DNA of 64,000 bases from Desulfovibrionales bacterium (GCA_046542715.1 JBKHAV010000002.1:5396-69395), one strand, 5' to 3'; numbered from the stretch's first letter, positions 41,525-51,400 are shown. Program-made: numbers and translations. The notes: generated from the sequence alone by a model not told the origin.

Positions 41525-41881
41525 ATGAAACTCGCCGCACATGCCAAACGGATGCGCATCTATACCGGTGAACGGGACCGGATCGGCACTCGGCCGCTTT
41601 TTGAGGTCGTCGTGGAGGAAGCCAGAAGGCGCGGCATAGCCGGCGCCACGGTGTTCCGGGGAATTTCCGGGTTCGGAGCGCACAGCCGCGTTCACACCAA
41701 TAAAATCCTTCGACTCTCCGAGGACCTGCCCATTGTGGTCGAGATCGTGGATCATCAGGAAAAGTTCGATGAGCTCTTTGATTTTTTGAACACGCACATC
41801 AAGGAAGGATTGATCACGCTTGAGGATACGACCGTACTTCTGTATCGCCACCGGCAGGATTCAGGGCAACATCAAGAATAA
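41525..41881 (+). CDS. DUF190 domain protein (frequent crcB partner)
   Basis: RIYTGERDR...GATVFRGISGFG...LPIVVEIVD. Confidence 0.85.
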   Translation: MKLAAHAKRMRIYTGERDRIGTRPLFEVVVEEARRRGIAGATVFRGISGFGAHSRVHTNKILRLSEDLPIVVEIVDHQEKFDELFDFLNTHIKEGLITLEDTTVLLYRHRQDSGQHQE

Positions 41882-41979
41882 AACGTTTTGTCCTCCAGGC
41901 AACCCCTCCGGCATTGTCCTTGAACAATTTTGCGCATGGCAAAATCTGCACGCGCGATCAGGCTGCGACTTGCGCGTCT

Positions 41980-42621
41980 TCAAAAGAAATCCGATCCGTG
42001 GGCCACAAGCATCCTTTCTACCTGTTCCGGGACGAGGAAGGCGATGCTGCGCCCCTGTTGCAGCAGGGTACGGATCATGGTGGAACTGAGATCCATCCGG
42101 GGGAAGGCGACGTGCTGCATGAGCGTGCCGGAGGCGAGCTGCCATCTGCGTTCGTCGAGTCGCCTGCTTCCCGGGATATGCTGCGCCAGAAAGCTGTCGA
42201 TCTCCCAGGAGGAGCGCCCCCCCCGGTCCGTGACCACAAGATTGGCCAGGGAACAGATCTCCTGCCATTCATGCCAGGAGGGCAGCGTCAAAAGATCCGT
42301 GGAACCGAGCACGAAGTAGAGTTCGTCACCCGGGTTGTGCGCCCTGTACTGACGAAGGGTGTCGACCGTGTAGGAAGGTCCCTGGCGTTCCCGTTCCAGG
42401 GGATTTACTGCCACCTTCTTCCTCCCTTCGATGGAAGCCCGCAACAGGGCCAGCCGGAACTCAAACGGGAGGAGATGTTCGTTCCTCTTGTGGGGGGGAA
42501 CCGCTGCAGGGACGAGATCCAGTCTGTCCAGTGCCATTTCCTCCAGAACCACCACGGCGAGGCGGAGATGGCCCAGGTGCACGGGGTTGAAGCTGCCCCC
42601 GAGAATGCCGACTTTCGCCAT
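41980..42621 (-). CDS. nadD: Nicotinate-nucleotide adenylyltransferase
   Basis: GGSFNPVHLGH. Confidence 0.9.
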   Translation of the reverse strand: MAKVGILGGSFNPVHLGHLRLAVVVLEEMALDRLDLVPAAVPPHKRNEHLLPFEFRLALLRASIEGRKKVAVNPLERERQGPSYTVDTLRQYRAHNPGDELYFVLGSTDLLTLPSWHEWQEICSLANLVVTDRGGRSSWEIDSFLAQHIPGSRRLDERRWQLASGTLMQHVAFPRMDLSSTMIRTLLQQGRSIAFLVPEQVERMLVAHGSDFF

Positions 42622-42635
42622 GTCAACCTGCCGAT

Positions 42636-43895
42636 CTACGTCCGGACCTGGCCCTGGCCCAGAACAACGAACTTGGCGGAGGTGAGTTCATTGATGCCCA
42701 TGGGACCGTAGGCATGCAGCTTGGAGGTGCTGATACCGATTTCAGCGCCCAGGCCGAACTCCCCGCCGTCGTTGAACCGGGTGGAGGCATTGACGATCAC
42801 TGCCGAGGCGTCCACCTCCCTGAGAAAGCGCATGGCCCTGCCGTGATCCGTGGTCAGTATGGATTCGGTGTGGTTGGATCCGTACCTCTCGATATACTCC
42901 TGGGCTTGTGCCATGGAGTCCACCACCTTGACGGCCAGGGTCAGAGAGAGGAACTCCGTGCCCCAGTCTGTTGCCGCAGCAGGTTCGGCCGTGTTCCCGA
43001 GGAGACCGAGCGAGCGTTCACAAGCTTTGAAACGAACGCCTGCTTCACTCAGACGTCGGGCAACTTTTGGGAGCAGGATTTCGGCGGAATCAACGTGGAC
43101 CAGAAGACCTTCCAGGGCGTTGCAGACACCGGGGCGCTGCACCTTGGCATTGAAAATGATCTCAACAGCCTGGTCCACATCCACGGTGCTGTCCACATAA
43201 ATGTGGCAGACCCCTTTGTAGTGCTTGAGCACCGGCATGGTGGCCTCGGCCACGACCGCACGAATGAGCCCTTCTCCCCCCCGGGGAATGACGACGTCGA
43301 TGTATTCGTCCAGTTTGAGCATGACGTTGACCGCGGCTCTGTCCGTGGTGGGGATGATCTGCACGGCCTCACCTGGAAGATGCGCTGCGTCCAGTGCATC
43401 GGAAATAATCGCTGCCAAAACCTGATTGGAGTGAAACGCTTCTGATCCTCCCCGGAGAATGACCCCGTTGCCGGCTTTGAGGCATAAAATAGTGGCGTCG
43501 ACAGTGACGTTGGGCCGGGATTCATAGATCATGGCCACGACCCCCAGGGGAATGCGCATCCGGCCCACGAGAAGTCCGTTCGGTCGCTTTTTCATCCCGT
43601 CGATCTCGCCCACTGGATCGTCCATGGCCGCCACGTGGCGACATGCCGCGGCCATGGACGCAATACCCTCAGGGGTAAGCCTGAGCCGCTCCAGTTTGGC
43701 GGAATCCATGCCGCTTTGGGCTGCAACGGCGCAATCCTTTTCATTGGCCTGGAGGATCTCCTCCTGACGACTCTCCAGCAATCCGGCAAGAACGACCAGG
43801 GTTTTGTCCTTTGCTGCCGAATCCGCTCTGGCCATCCGGGCAGCACCCTGTTTCGCGCTTCGAGCCAGTTCGGTTATGGTTTCTTGAAGATCCAT
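42636..43895 (-). CDS. proA: Glutamate-5-semialdehyde dehydrogenase
   Basis: Full-length ProA. VIYESRPNVT-like IYESRPNVTVD. CNALE catalytic Cys. Confidence 0.95.
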   Translation of the reverse strand: MDLQETITELARSAKQGAARMARADSAAKDKTLVVLAGLLESRQEEILQANEKDCAVAAQSGMDSAKLERLRLTPEGIASMAAACRHVAAMDDPVGEIDGMKKRPNGLLVGRMRIPLGVVAMIYESRPNVTVDATILCLKAGNGVILRGGSEAFHSNQVLAAIISDALDAAHLPGEAVQIIPTTDRAAVNVMLKLDEYIDVVIPRGGEGLIRAVVAEATMPVLKHYKGVCHIYVDSTVDVDQAVEIIFNAKVQRPGVCNALEGLLVHVDSAEILLPKVARRLSEAGVRFKACERSLGLLGNTAEPAAATDWGTEFLSLTLAVKVVDSMAQAQEYIERYGSNHTESILTTDHGRAMRFLREVDASAVIVNASTRFNDGGEFGLGAEIGISTSKLHAYGPMGINELTSAKFVVLGQGQVRT

Positions 43896-44186
43896 GCGTG
43901 CTCCTTACGGCAGAAATTCATTCCATTTTTGTGGAATGGATAACAGTATCGTCATTGCCACTCACTTTCCGAGTAAGGGCCGGATCTATCAGAAATTCCC
44001 TCGAAACACCAGTCTGGCCGGCTCGGAGGCACGACGAACACTGGTTGGAAAACCGGCATGTTCAGGTGAGAATTCCAAGTGAAGCGTTACAGCAGGAATT
44101 GCTTTGACGCGAATGGCTTTTGTGTTTAAAGAAACGGCTCTGAATCGTGATCACAATTTTGTCATTACTTATTGCTCGGAGGATCA

Positions 44187-44840
44187 ATGGAAGAGAAGAA
44201 CACCCCATCTTCCTTACAAGACCGGATCGCAACCGAAACACAGGACGTCCATCCGGTCCTCAAAAAAATCTTGGACAACGCAAAATTCATCGTGCTTGGA
44301 GTGGCCATACTCCTTCTGGCAGTGGCCGGGTACTCGGGGTACTCGGTGTATCAGGATTCCGCAAAAAAAGAGGCCGCAGAGGAGCTGGGTCGGATTCTCA
44401 CGCAAACACAGGGATCCGACCGCATAGCCGCTCTCCAGGACTTTCTGGATAACGGCAGGCTCCAGCAGGAGGCCCGCATGGAGTTGGCCCGCGCCCAGAT
44501 GGATCAGGAACTCTATCAGGATGCAGCCGCCACCTGGGCCCGGCTTGCCGAAGACGGCCGAGGCGACCTCGCTGTGGTGGCCCGTCTCGGCCAGTCCAAA
44601 AACCTGCTGCTGTCAGGCACCCCCCAGGAGGCGCTGACCATCCTGGAAAGTCTGAGGACCACCGCCCCGGATTCCTATCACCGCGTTATCGACGCCCAGA
44701 TCGCCGAAGCTGCGGAACAGGCCGGCAACCGGACGCAGGCCCTGTCAGCCTATGAGCGCCTCAAAAACGCGGTCCAGGACGAAGCCACCGAAGAATACTA
44801 CGACTACAAGATCAGCCAACTCAAACAACAAAACGGATAG
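44187..44840 (+). CDS. Membrane-anchored TPR-like protein (YfgM/UPF0070-like)
   Basis: ATG at 44187 after GGAGGA. One N-terminal TM, then a helical-repeat periplasmic domain. Confidence 0.65.
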   Translation: MEEKNTPSSLQDRIATETQDVHPVLKKILDNAKFIVLGVAILLLAVAGYSGYSVYQDSAKKEAAEELGRILTQTQGSDRIAALQDFLDNGRLQQEARMELARAQMDQELYQDAAATWARLAEDGRGDLAVVARLGQSKNLLLSGTPQEALTILESLRTTAPDSYHRVIDAQIAEAAEQAGNRTQALSAYERLKNAVQDEATEEYYDYKISQLKQQNG

Positions 44841-44848
44841 GATTTTTC

Positions 44849-46687
44849 ATGGCGCATACGCTTCTTTCCGACTCACCCGGCAGCACGCATCTGCTGCTGG
44901 GAAACGAGGCCATTGTTCGCGGGGCTCTGGAAGCAGGTGTCGGTTTTGTTTCCTGTTACCCTGGAACCCCCTCCTCGGAAATTCCGGATACATTTTACCG
45001 GCTTTCCCCTGAGGCGGCATATATTTTTGAATACTCCGTGAACGAAAAGGTCGCTCTGGAGGTTGGTGGAGGGGCGGCCCTGACCGGGGTTCCGACCATG
45101 GTGACCATGAAGCATGTGGGGGTGAATGTCGCTGCCGACGCCCTGATGAGTCTCGCCTATATGGGAACCACCGGGGGTCTGGTCCTGATCAGTGCCGACG
45201 ACCCTGGATGCCACTCCTCCCAAAACGAGCAGGACAACAGGTATTATGCCCGCCTGGCTGGACTTCCCTGCTTCGAGCCCTCCACAGCTCAGGAGGCCAA
45301 AGACATGGCCAGGGATGCCATGACGCTCTCGGCGCAGTGGAATCAGCCTGTCATGCTCCGGACCACGACACGGCTCAACCACCTGCGCGGCGGCGTCGTA
45401 TTCGGTGATCTGCCCCCGGCCAAAAACAAGGGCTCCTTTGTCCGTGATACCCCGCGATATGTGATCATCCCGGCCCACGCCCGGGTCAGGCATGCTGTTC
45501 TCCTTGAAAACCTGGAGAAGATCCGGACGTATGCGGATAATTGCGAGTGGAACCGCATTTCAGGCCAGGGCAATGTCGGCTGTATTGCCAGCGGCGTCCC
45601 CCGAACCTACCTCCGGGACGCAGTCGAGGAACACGGCCTTGAAAACAGGGTCAAAATTCTCGAACTGGGACTCAGTTATCCCTTTCCCAAAGAACTGATC
45701 ACTTCATTCCTTCGTGGTCTGGACAAGGTCCTGGTTTTGGAAGAGCTGGAACCGATTCTGGAGAACGATATCCGCGTCCTGTGCCAGAAAAACGGTATCG
45801 AGGTGGAAATCATTGGAAAAGGGGGCCCGCTTGGCCGCCTCGGAGAGTATGACCCGGCTCTGGTGGAAAATGCCGTTTGCAACCTCCTTGGAGAACCCCT
45901 CCCTTCTGCAGTCGACTGTACAATGCCCCAGGACCTTCCGGGACGCCCCCCCAACCTGTGCGCCGGGTGCACCCACCGTGCCGCCTATCTGGCCGTTCGA
46001 GAGGTCTTCGGCGACGATGCCCTCTACTCCTCGGACATCGGATGCTATACACTGGGCCTTCTTCCACCGCTGCGCATGGCTGATTTTCTCTTCTGCATGG
46101 GCTCGTCCGTCTCCGCCGGTTCCGGGGCAGCCAAGGCCGGGGACAAGCCGGTCGTTGCCTTTATCGGCGACTCCACCTTTTTCCATTCCGGAATCACAGG
46201 GCTTGTGAATGCGGTTTACAATAACCACGATCTGCTGATCGTCATCCTGGACAACCGGACCACGGCCATGACCGGGCACCAGCCGCATCCCGGAGTGGAC
46301 CACTCGGTTCTCGGACCGAACCCTTCGCCCGTGGATATCACGGCCATCGTCAAGGGCTGTGGAGTGAAAAACGTCAGGAAGGTCAAACCCTCAAACCTGA
46401 AAGGGACCCGGAAAGTCCTTGAGGAACTCAAGGCCGAGTCCGGGGTAAGGGTGTTGGTGGCCGAGGAGCCATGCCCACTTTTTGCCAGAAAGGCCTTGGG
46501 CAAGAAGTTCACTCATGTTGCCTATATCACAGACAAATGTGAAAACCGCAGGGAGTGCCTTGAACGGCTCGCCTGCCCTGCATTCTATGTTGAGGATGAA
46601 GTGGTCAGGATCAATCAGAACCAGTGTACCGGCTGTATGCTCTGCCTGCAGGTCTGCCCAAACATCAAAGCCAGGAAAAGGAGCTGA
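44849..46687 (+). CDS. iorA: Indolepyruvate:ferredoxin oxidoreductase subunit alpha
   Basis: LLGNEAIVRGALEAGV...YPGTPSSEI. TPP-binding GDSTFFHSG. C-terminal ferredoxin CTGCMLCLQVCP. Confidence 0.9.
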   Translation: MAHTLLSDSPGSTHLLLGNEAIVRGALEAGVGFVSCYPGTPSSEIPDTFYRLSPEAAYIFEYSVNEKVALEVGGGAALTGVPTMVTMKHVGVNVAADALMSLAYMGTTGGLVLISADDPGCHSSQNEQDNRYYARLAGLPCFEPSTAQEAKDMARDAMTLSAQWNQPVMLRTTTRLNHLRGGVVFGDLPPAKNKGSFVRDTPRYVIIPAHARVRHAVLLENLEKIRTYADNCEWNRISGQGNVGCIASGVPRTYLRDAVEEHGLENRVKILELGLSYPFPKELITSFLRGLDKVLVLEELEPILENDIRVLCQKNGIEVEIIGKGGPLGRLGEYDPALVENAVCNLLGEPLPSAVDCTMPQDLPGRPPNLCAGCTHRAAYLAVREVFGDDALYSSDIGCYTLGLLPPLRMADFLFCMGSSVSAGSGAAKAGDKPVVAFIGDSTFFHSGITGLVNAVYNNHDLLIVILDNRTTAMTGHQPHPGVDHSVLGPNPSPVDITAIVKGCGVKNVRKVKPSNLKGTRKVLEELKAESGVRVLVAEEPCPLFARKALGKKFTHVAYITDKCENRRECLERLACPAFYVEDEVVRINQNQCTGCMLCLQVCPNIKARKRS

Positions 46688-46690
46688 CGG

Positions 46691-47293
46691 ATGAAGAAAC
46701 GTATTTTCCTGGTGGGTGTCGGTGGGCAGGGAACGCTGACTGCTACGAATCTTCTGGCTAAGGTGGCGTTGGACGCGGGAATTTTCGTGGTTGCCGGCGA
46801 AATCCACGGTATGGCCCAACGTGGCGGTGTGGTTGAATCCACCCTGCTGCTCGGCGGTTACCAGAGTCCGCGGATCAGCAAGGCGCAGGCCGACATCCTT
46901 CTGGGATTCGAACCGTTGGAAACCTTGAGAGCGCTTTGCTATCTCAAGCCCGAAGGACTGGTCGTGTCGAACTCCGAGCCAATGCCGCCCCTGTCCGTAG
47001 CCCGCGGAACAGCGTCATATCCCGATACATCGCGCATCCAGTCCGAAGTAGCGGACCGCGCTTCCCGTTCGGCATTCATTCCCTGCCTGAGCCTCGGCAC
47101 CAGAGCCGGCGCCGTGCAATCCGGAAATATGGTTCTTCTGGCGGCATTGTGCGCCAGCAATGAGCTTCCTTTCGGGCTTGACGAGCTCCGCAACGGCGTG
47201 AGGAATTTTTTAAAGCCCAAGCTGGTGGACATGAACCTCGCAGCCATCGATCTCGGTGCGGAGGCGTTCCGTGCCCAAGCATCGGGTGCCTGA
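46691..47293 (+). CDS. iorB: Indolepyruvate:ferredoxin oxidoreductase subunit beta
   Basis: GVGGQGTLTATNLLA...EIHGMAQRGGVV. Confidence 0.9.
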   Translation: MKKRIFLVGVGGQGTLTATNLLAKVALDAGIFVVAGEIHGMAQRGGVVESTLLLGGYQSPRISKAQADILLGFEPLETLRALCYLKPEGLVVSNSEPMPPLSVARGTASYPDTSRIQSEVADRASRSAFIPCLSLGTRAGAVQSGNMVLLAALCASNELPFGLDELRNGVRNFLKPKLVDMNLAAIDLGAEAFRAQASGA

Positions 47294-47305
47294 TCAAAGA
47301 TTTCT

Positions 47306-48844
47306 ATGAAAAGTGAGCCTCTTCAGTTCCTTGGTCCCCTGAAGACCATTCTCAGGCAGATCGACCCCAATGTTCCCCTGGAGTCGAGCCTGGAATACCT
47401 GCTGGAAACCATTGCCGCCCATCAGGGCTATCATCGCATTGCCCTGGCCATCATCCATCCTCAGACTAAAGCCCTCAAGCTCAGCCTGACCCACGATGGT
47501 TCCAAGCAGGAGAAGGACACCTATTTTCCAGGCCAGGGCATCTCGGGCCAGGTTCTGGAAACAGGGGAGACCATTGTTTTGGAGCGTATCAAGGACAGCC
47601 CGGATTTCCTCAATTTTGCCGGACGGACCCAGGAGGAACTCTCCAACTCCTCCTTCATCTGTGTTCCAATCCCCGAACCGTTCAAGGAAAAGGACCAGAG
47701 CAGCGTCCTTGGCGTCCTCAGTGTGGACCTCCCCTGCTCTTCCCCCGAGAGCCTGGTGAATCACAAGATTTTCCTGGAGATCCTGGCAGTCATCATTGCC
47801 AGACAGGTGGCCTATCTTCAGGAGCACATGATCATTGCGGAGCGGCTCAAATCCCAGGGAATGCCGCCACAGGCCGCCGGCACGAAAAAATTTACCGCCA
47901 AAAACATCGTGGCTTCCTCCAAAAGCATGAACATGGTTTTGGAGCAGATCTCTCAGGTGGCGGCCAGTAAGGCCACGGTTCTCATCCGGGGCGAATCCGG
48001 TACAGGCAAGGAACTCCTGGCCGAAGCCATCCACAACTCCAGTTCCAGGTCCAAGGAACCCTTCATCAAGCTCAATTGCGCGGCTTTGCCGGCAGAACTT
48101 CTGGAAAGTGAACTCTTCGGCCATGAAAAAGGAGCGTTTACCGGAGCCATTCAGGCCAAGAAAGGACGGTTTGAACTCTCCCATAAGGGCACACTCTTTC
48201 TGGATGAGATCGGCGAATTGAGCGTGGATGCCCAGGCCAAACTGCTTCGGGCCATTCAGGAAGGAGAAATCCAGCGGCTGGGAAGCGAAAAAACCATTAT
48301 GGTGGATGTGCGCCTGATCTGCGCCACCCACCAGCCCCTGGAAAAACTGCTCCAGGAAGGGGAGTTCAGAGAGGATCTCTACTATCGGATCAATGTCTTT
48401 CCGGTCTTTATCCCGCCTCTGCGGGAACGCACCGAGGATATCCTCCCCCTGGCCGAGCACTTCATGGCCGACTTCGCCCGGGAGTACGAAAAGAACATCA
48501 GAAGGATCTCCACTCCGGCCATTGACCTGCTCACCCAGTACCACTGGCCAGGAAATGTGCGCGAGGTCAGAAACTGCATGGAACGAGCCGTCCTCATCTG
48601 CAATGAAGAGGTCATCCGCACCTATCACCTCCCCCCCACCCTGCAGACCGCCGAGAGTTCGGCCACGGACACCGACCTCTCCTTTGGGGAGGCAGTGGCC
48701 AGATTCGAGCAGGAGATCATCGTCGAGGCCTTGAAAAAAGCCCGGGGCAATATGCTGCAGGCTGCACGGGACCTGCGGGCCAGTTACCGGATCATCAACT
48801 ACAAGATCAAGAAATACCGCATCGATCCGAAAAAATACGTTTAG
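47306..48844 (+). CDS. Sigma-54-dependent transcriptional activator (GAF - AAA+ - Fis HTH; NifA-like layout)
   Basis: [23 protein letters not shown] (GAFTGA loop), C-terminal [26 protein letters not shown]. Confidence 0.9.
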   Translation: MKSEPLQFLGPLKTILRQIDPNVPLESSLEYLLETIAAHQGYHRIALAIIHPQTKALKLSLTHDGSKQEKDTYFPGQGISGQVLETGETIVLERIKDSPDFLNFAGRTQEELSNSSFICVPIPEPFKEKDQSSVLGVLSVDLPCSSPESLVNHKIFLEILAVIIARQVAYLQEHMIIAERLKSQGMPPQAAGTKKFTAKNIVASSKSMNMVLEQISQVAASKATVLIRGESGTGKELLAEAIHNSSSRSKEPFIKLNCAALPAELLESELFGHEKGAFTGAIQAKKGRFELSHKGTLFLDEIGELSVDAQAKLLRAIQEGEIQRLGSEKTIMVDVRLICATHQPLEKLLQEGEFREDLYYRINVFPVFIPPLRERTEDILPLAEHFMADFAREYEKNIRRISTPAIDLLTQYHWPGNVREVRNCMERAVLICNEEVIRTYHLPPTLQTAESSATDTDLSFGEAVARFEQEIIVEALKKARGNMLQAARDLRASYRIINYKIKKYRIDPKKYV

Positions 48845-48878
48845 TTTGCAGCTTCCGAGCCGGCTTGAAACGGCAAAT

Positions 48879-48918
48879 AAAAAAAACGGAGACCCTTTTC
48901 GGGGTCTCCGTTTTTTTT
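48879..48918. terminator. Bidirectional rho-independent terminator
   Basis: A8-CGGAGACCC-ttttcg-GGGTCTCCG-T8. Confidence 0.9.
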
Positions 48919-48925
48919 ATTTCAA

Positions 48926-48957
48926 AGCACTTTTTCCGAATCGGTTCAAAAAGTGCT
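48926..48957. repeat. Second perfect 10-bp inverted repeat immediately after the terminator
   Basis: AGCACTTTTT-ccgaatcggttc-AAAAAGTGCT. The loop contains a CCGA-a-TCGG mini-palindrome. Confidence 0.6.
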
Positions 48958-49105
48958 CGTGACTCTTAGAAAATTTCGAGTCAGATCAGGCTCGGCTTGT
49001 CTGGAAGATCCTGCGCATGAGACGAGACAGACGGCATTGGACAGTCTGGTCTGTGCGAAAGCGTCTTTGAAATATATCCCAGCTAGGCGCTAAAAGTGCA
49101 GGGTA

Positions 49106-51400
49106 TCATTGCGGGAGCGCAAAAACCCTCGGACCTTGGACCGTATCCTCCAGAAGGTATCCTTCCCTGCTGATCCGGTCCCGGAGTTTGTCCGCCGTTG
49201 CGAAATCCTTGTTCCTGCGGGCGGCTTCCCGTTCCTTCACAAGTGTTTCCAGGCTTTGGGGCCACTGATGGTTCGGCACGGGCATGCGGGTCCAGTCGAT
49301 GATCCTCAAAACCTCGTCTATGGATTTGAGCTGGTCCAGACAGGTCTCGGCCTCCTCCCGGATCATGGCGCATTTGGACACAAGGGTATTCACGCTCCGG
49401 CAGAAGGAAAAGAGCACGGGCCAGAAACGATGCAGGGCCAAATCATCTTCCATGGCCGCTGTAAAGCCTTTTTTCAGATCGAACACTGCCTGTTCAACAG
49501 CAGCTCCGGCTCTGCCTGGCCCCCCTTCATACAGAGTCAGGCTGACGGCCAAATCCTGGACCTTCTTCCAGTTCTTCCTCCACATGGTCAGATTTGCCTC
49601 GGAACAGGTCAGGGGCTTGCGGTAGAACGCGGACAAGAGCCAGAAACGGATGACCCTGGACGGATCGGTGCTCTGCTCCAGGTGCATTGCATCACAGCCC
49701 CCAGCATTCTCCACAGATCCTACCAGGGACCACACGTTGGGTGTTTTCCCTGCGCCCTTGTCCCAAATTCCCCGAATATTCTCCAGGTGGGGGAACCATT
49801 GGGTCCGACTGCCGAACACCGCCTTGACCTCACCGAGTTCGTCCAGGGCTGCCGCGGCCATTTGCAGGTGCCATGTCGGACGCACATTGCCCCACTCGGT
49901 CTTGAAGAAATGGCCCAGTTTGAGATCCTGCAGCGAAGTCCTCTTGAGCAGCGTGAAATCCCGGGGATTGCCCTTGGCATAACTGTCCAGGTCCACGGTT
50001 TTTCCCAGGCTGAGCTTGTCCAGGTCGGTGAGAGAAAGTGAACCGTACCGGCTGTCCCGCTGTACGTCATAGTAAACGGAACGGAGTTTCTCATAGGCCA
50101 CTCCCTGGCCGAGTAGGGTCCTGCAGAGGGAAAGCATGGTTTCCATGCACCGGCTGGCCAGGACAAATGAAACACCAACCCCGATACCAAGCTTCCGGGC
50201 CAGGGTGTTGACCCGATCGAGATACGTTTGCGAGTAGTCGTCGAGACTTTTGCCTTCGGCCTGGGCCAGGGCCAGCGTGTGATCCTCGAGATCAGCCAGT
50301 CCGACAGCCACTTCGGGACGTGCCCCGTACCGGCTCAGATACGCGGCCAAAACATCGAGAATAACGACCCGTCTCCAGAATTCCGGATCATCCAGAGTGT
50401 CCGGACCGGGGCCGAAGGTGAAAATACCCTGGGGGGAATTGTCAGCCGCAAGGCCGACGGTTTTTCGGCTCTTGAAGTCGAAGATCGCCGGGCCGCGGGC
50501 CGGCTTGGGCGCAAAAAGGGGCGTGGAAAGGTACCGCTCCCCTCCGTCCGGCAAAATTGCGACGATCAGTCCCTCTTCCAGTTCCGAGGCGATGTGGACG
50601 GCTCCGGCCAATGCAGCCCCGGAACTCATGCCCACGAACAATCCTTCCTCCTGTGCAGCCCTGCGGGACATTTCAAAAGCGGTTTCGTCCTCAACATGGA
50701 TGATCCGGTCCAAGAGGGACTTGTTGAAAATCCCTGGAGGGTAGGATTCCTTCATGTTCTTGAGTCCCTGGATCTTGTGCCCCTCATACGGTTCAACCGC
50801 GACAACGACAACGTCGGGCGCGAATTCCTTCAGCCCCTTGATCAGTCCCATGGCCGTGCCTGAAGTCCCCAGGCAGGCCACCATGTGGGTGATCCGTCCC
50901 CCTGTCTGCTCCCATATTTCCCGGGCCGTGCCCAGGTAATGGGCCTGAATGCTGGCTGGATTGTTGAACTGGTCCATGAGCACGTACTTGTCCGGTTCCT
51001 CCCGAGCAAGACGGTAGGATTCTTCAATGGCCCCGTCAGTGCTCAAGTGCCCGGGGGTGAGCACGATTTCCGCACCATAGGCACGCATGATCCGCTTGCG
51101 TTCCTCGGATGCAGAATCCGGCATGAGCAGCTTAAGCCGGTACCCTTTGACCGCGCAGACCATGGCCAGCCCTATGCCTGTATTGCCGGAAGTTGCTTCG
51201 ATGACCGTCTTTTCAGGGGTCAGCTCACCCGAGCGTTCGGCCGCCTCGATCATGGCCAGGGCCACCCGGTCCTTGATGGAACCACCAGGGTTCATGGCCT
51301 CGAGTTTTCCGGCAATGAGAACGCCGGGATGAGGGTTCAGCCGATGGATGCGCACAAGGGGAGTGGCCCCTACAAGTGTCAGCACTGTGTCGTGTATCAT
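49106..51400 (-). CDS. Cysteine synthase (CysK/CysM, PLP-dependent) fused to a CysRS-like module with degenerate catalytic motifs
   Basis: N-terminus: GGSIKDR (PLP Lys), TSGNTG, GTSGTAMG. C-terminal 460 aa aligns by eye to class-I CysRS, including the C-terminal DFATADKLRDRISREGYLLEDTVQGPRV. HIGH, KMSKS and the Zn-ligand Cys residues are not conserved. Confidence 0.85.
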   Translation of the reverse strand: MIHDTVLTLVGATPLVRIHRLNPHPGVLIAGKLEAMNPGGSIKDRVALAMIEAAERSGELTPEKTVIEATSGNTGIGLAMVCAVKGYRLKLLMPDSASEERKRIMRAYGAEIVLTPGHLSTDGAIEESYRLAREEPDKYVLMDQFNNPASIQAHYLGTAREIWEQTGGRITHMVACLGTSGTAMGLIKGLKEFAPDVVVVAVEPYEGHKIQGLKNMKESYPPGIFNKSLLDRIIHVEDETAFEMSRRAAQEEGLFVGMSSGAALAGAVHIASELEEGLIVAILPDGGERYLSTPLFAPKPARGPAIFDFKSRKTVGLAADNSPQGIFTFGPGPDTLDDPEFWRRVVILDVLAAYLSRYGARPEVAVGLADLEDHTLALAQAEGKSLDDYSQTYLDRVNTLARKLGIGVGVSFVLASRCMETMLSLCRTLLGQGVAYEKLRSVYYDVQRDSRYGSLSLTDLDKLSLGKTVDLDSYAKGNPRDFTLLKRTSLQDLKLGHFFKTEWGNVRPTWHLQMAAAALDELGEVKAVFGSRTQWFPHLENIRGIWDKGAGKTPNVWSLVGSVENAGGCDAMHLEQSTDPSRVIRFWLLSAFYRKPLTCSEANLTMWRKNWKKVQDLAVSLTLYEGGPGRAGAAVEQAVFDLKKGFTAAMEDDLALHRFWPVLFSFCRSVNTLVSKCAMIREEAETCLDQLKSIDEVLRIIDWTRMPVPNHQWPQSLETLVKEREAARRNKDFATADKLRDRISREGYLLEDTVQGPRVFALPQ

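Noticed and set aside
47294-48628. 444-aa minus-strand ORF.
   Set aside because: Antisense shadow of the sigma-54 activator gene, whose GAFTGA and Walker motifs are clear on the plus strand.
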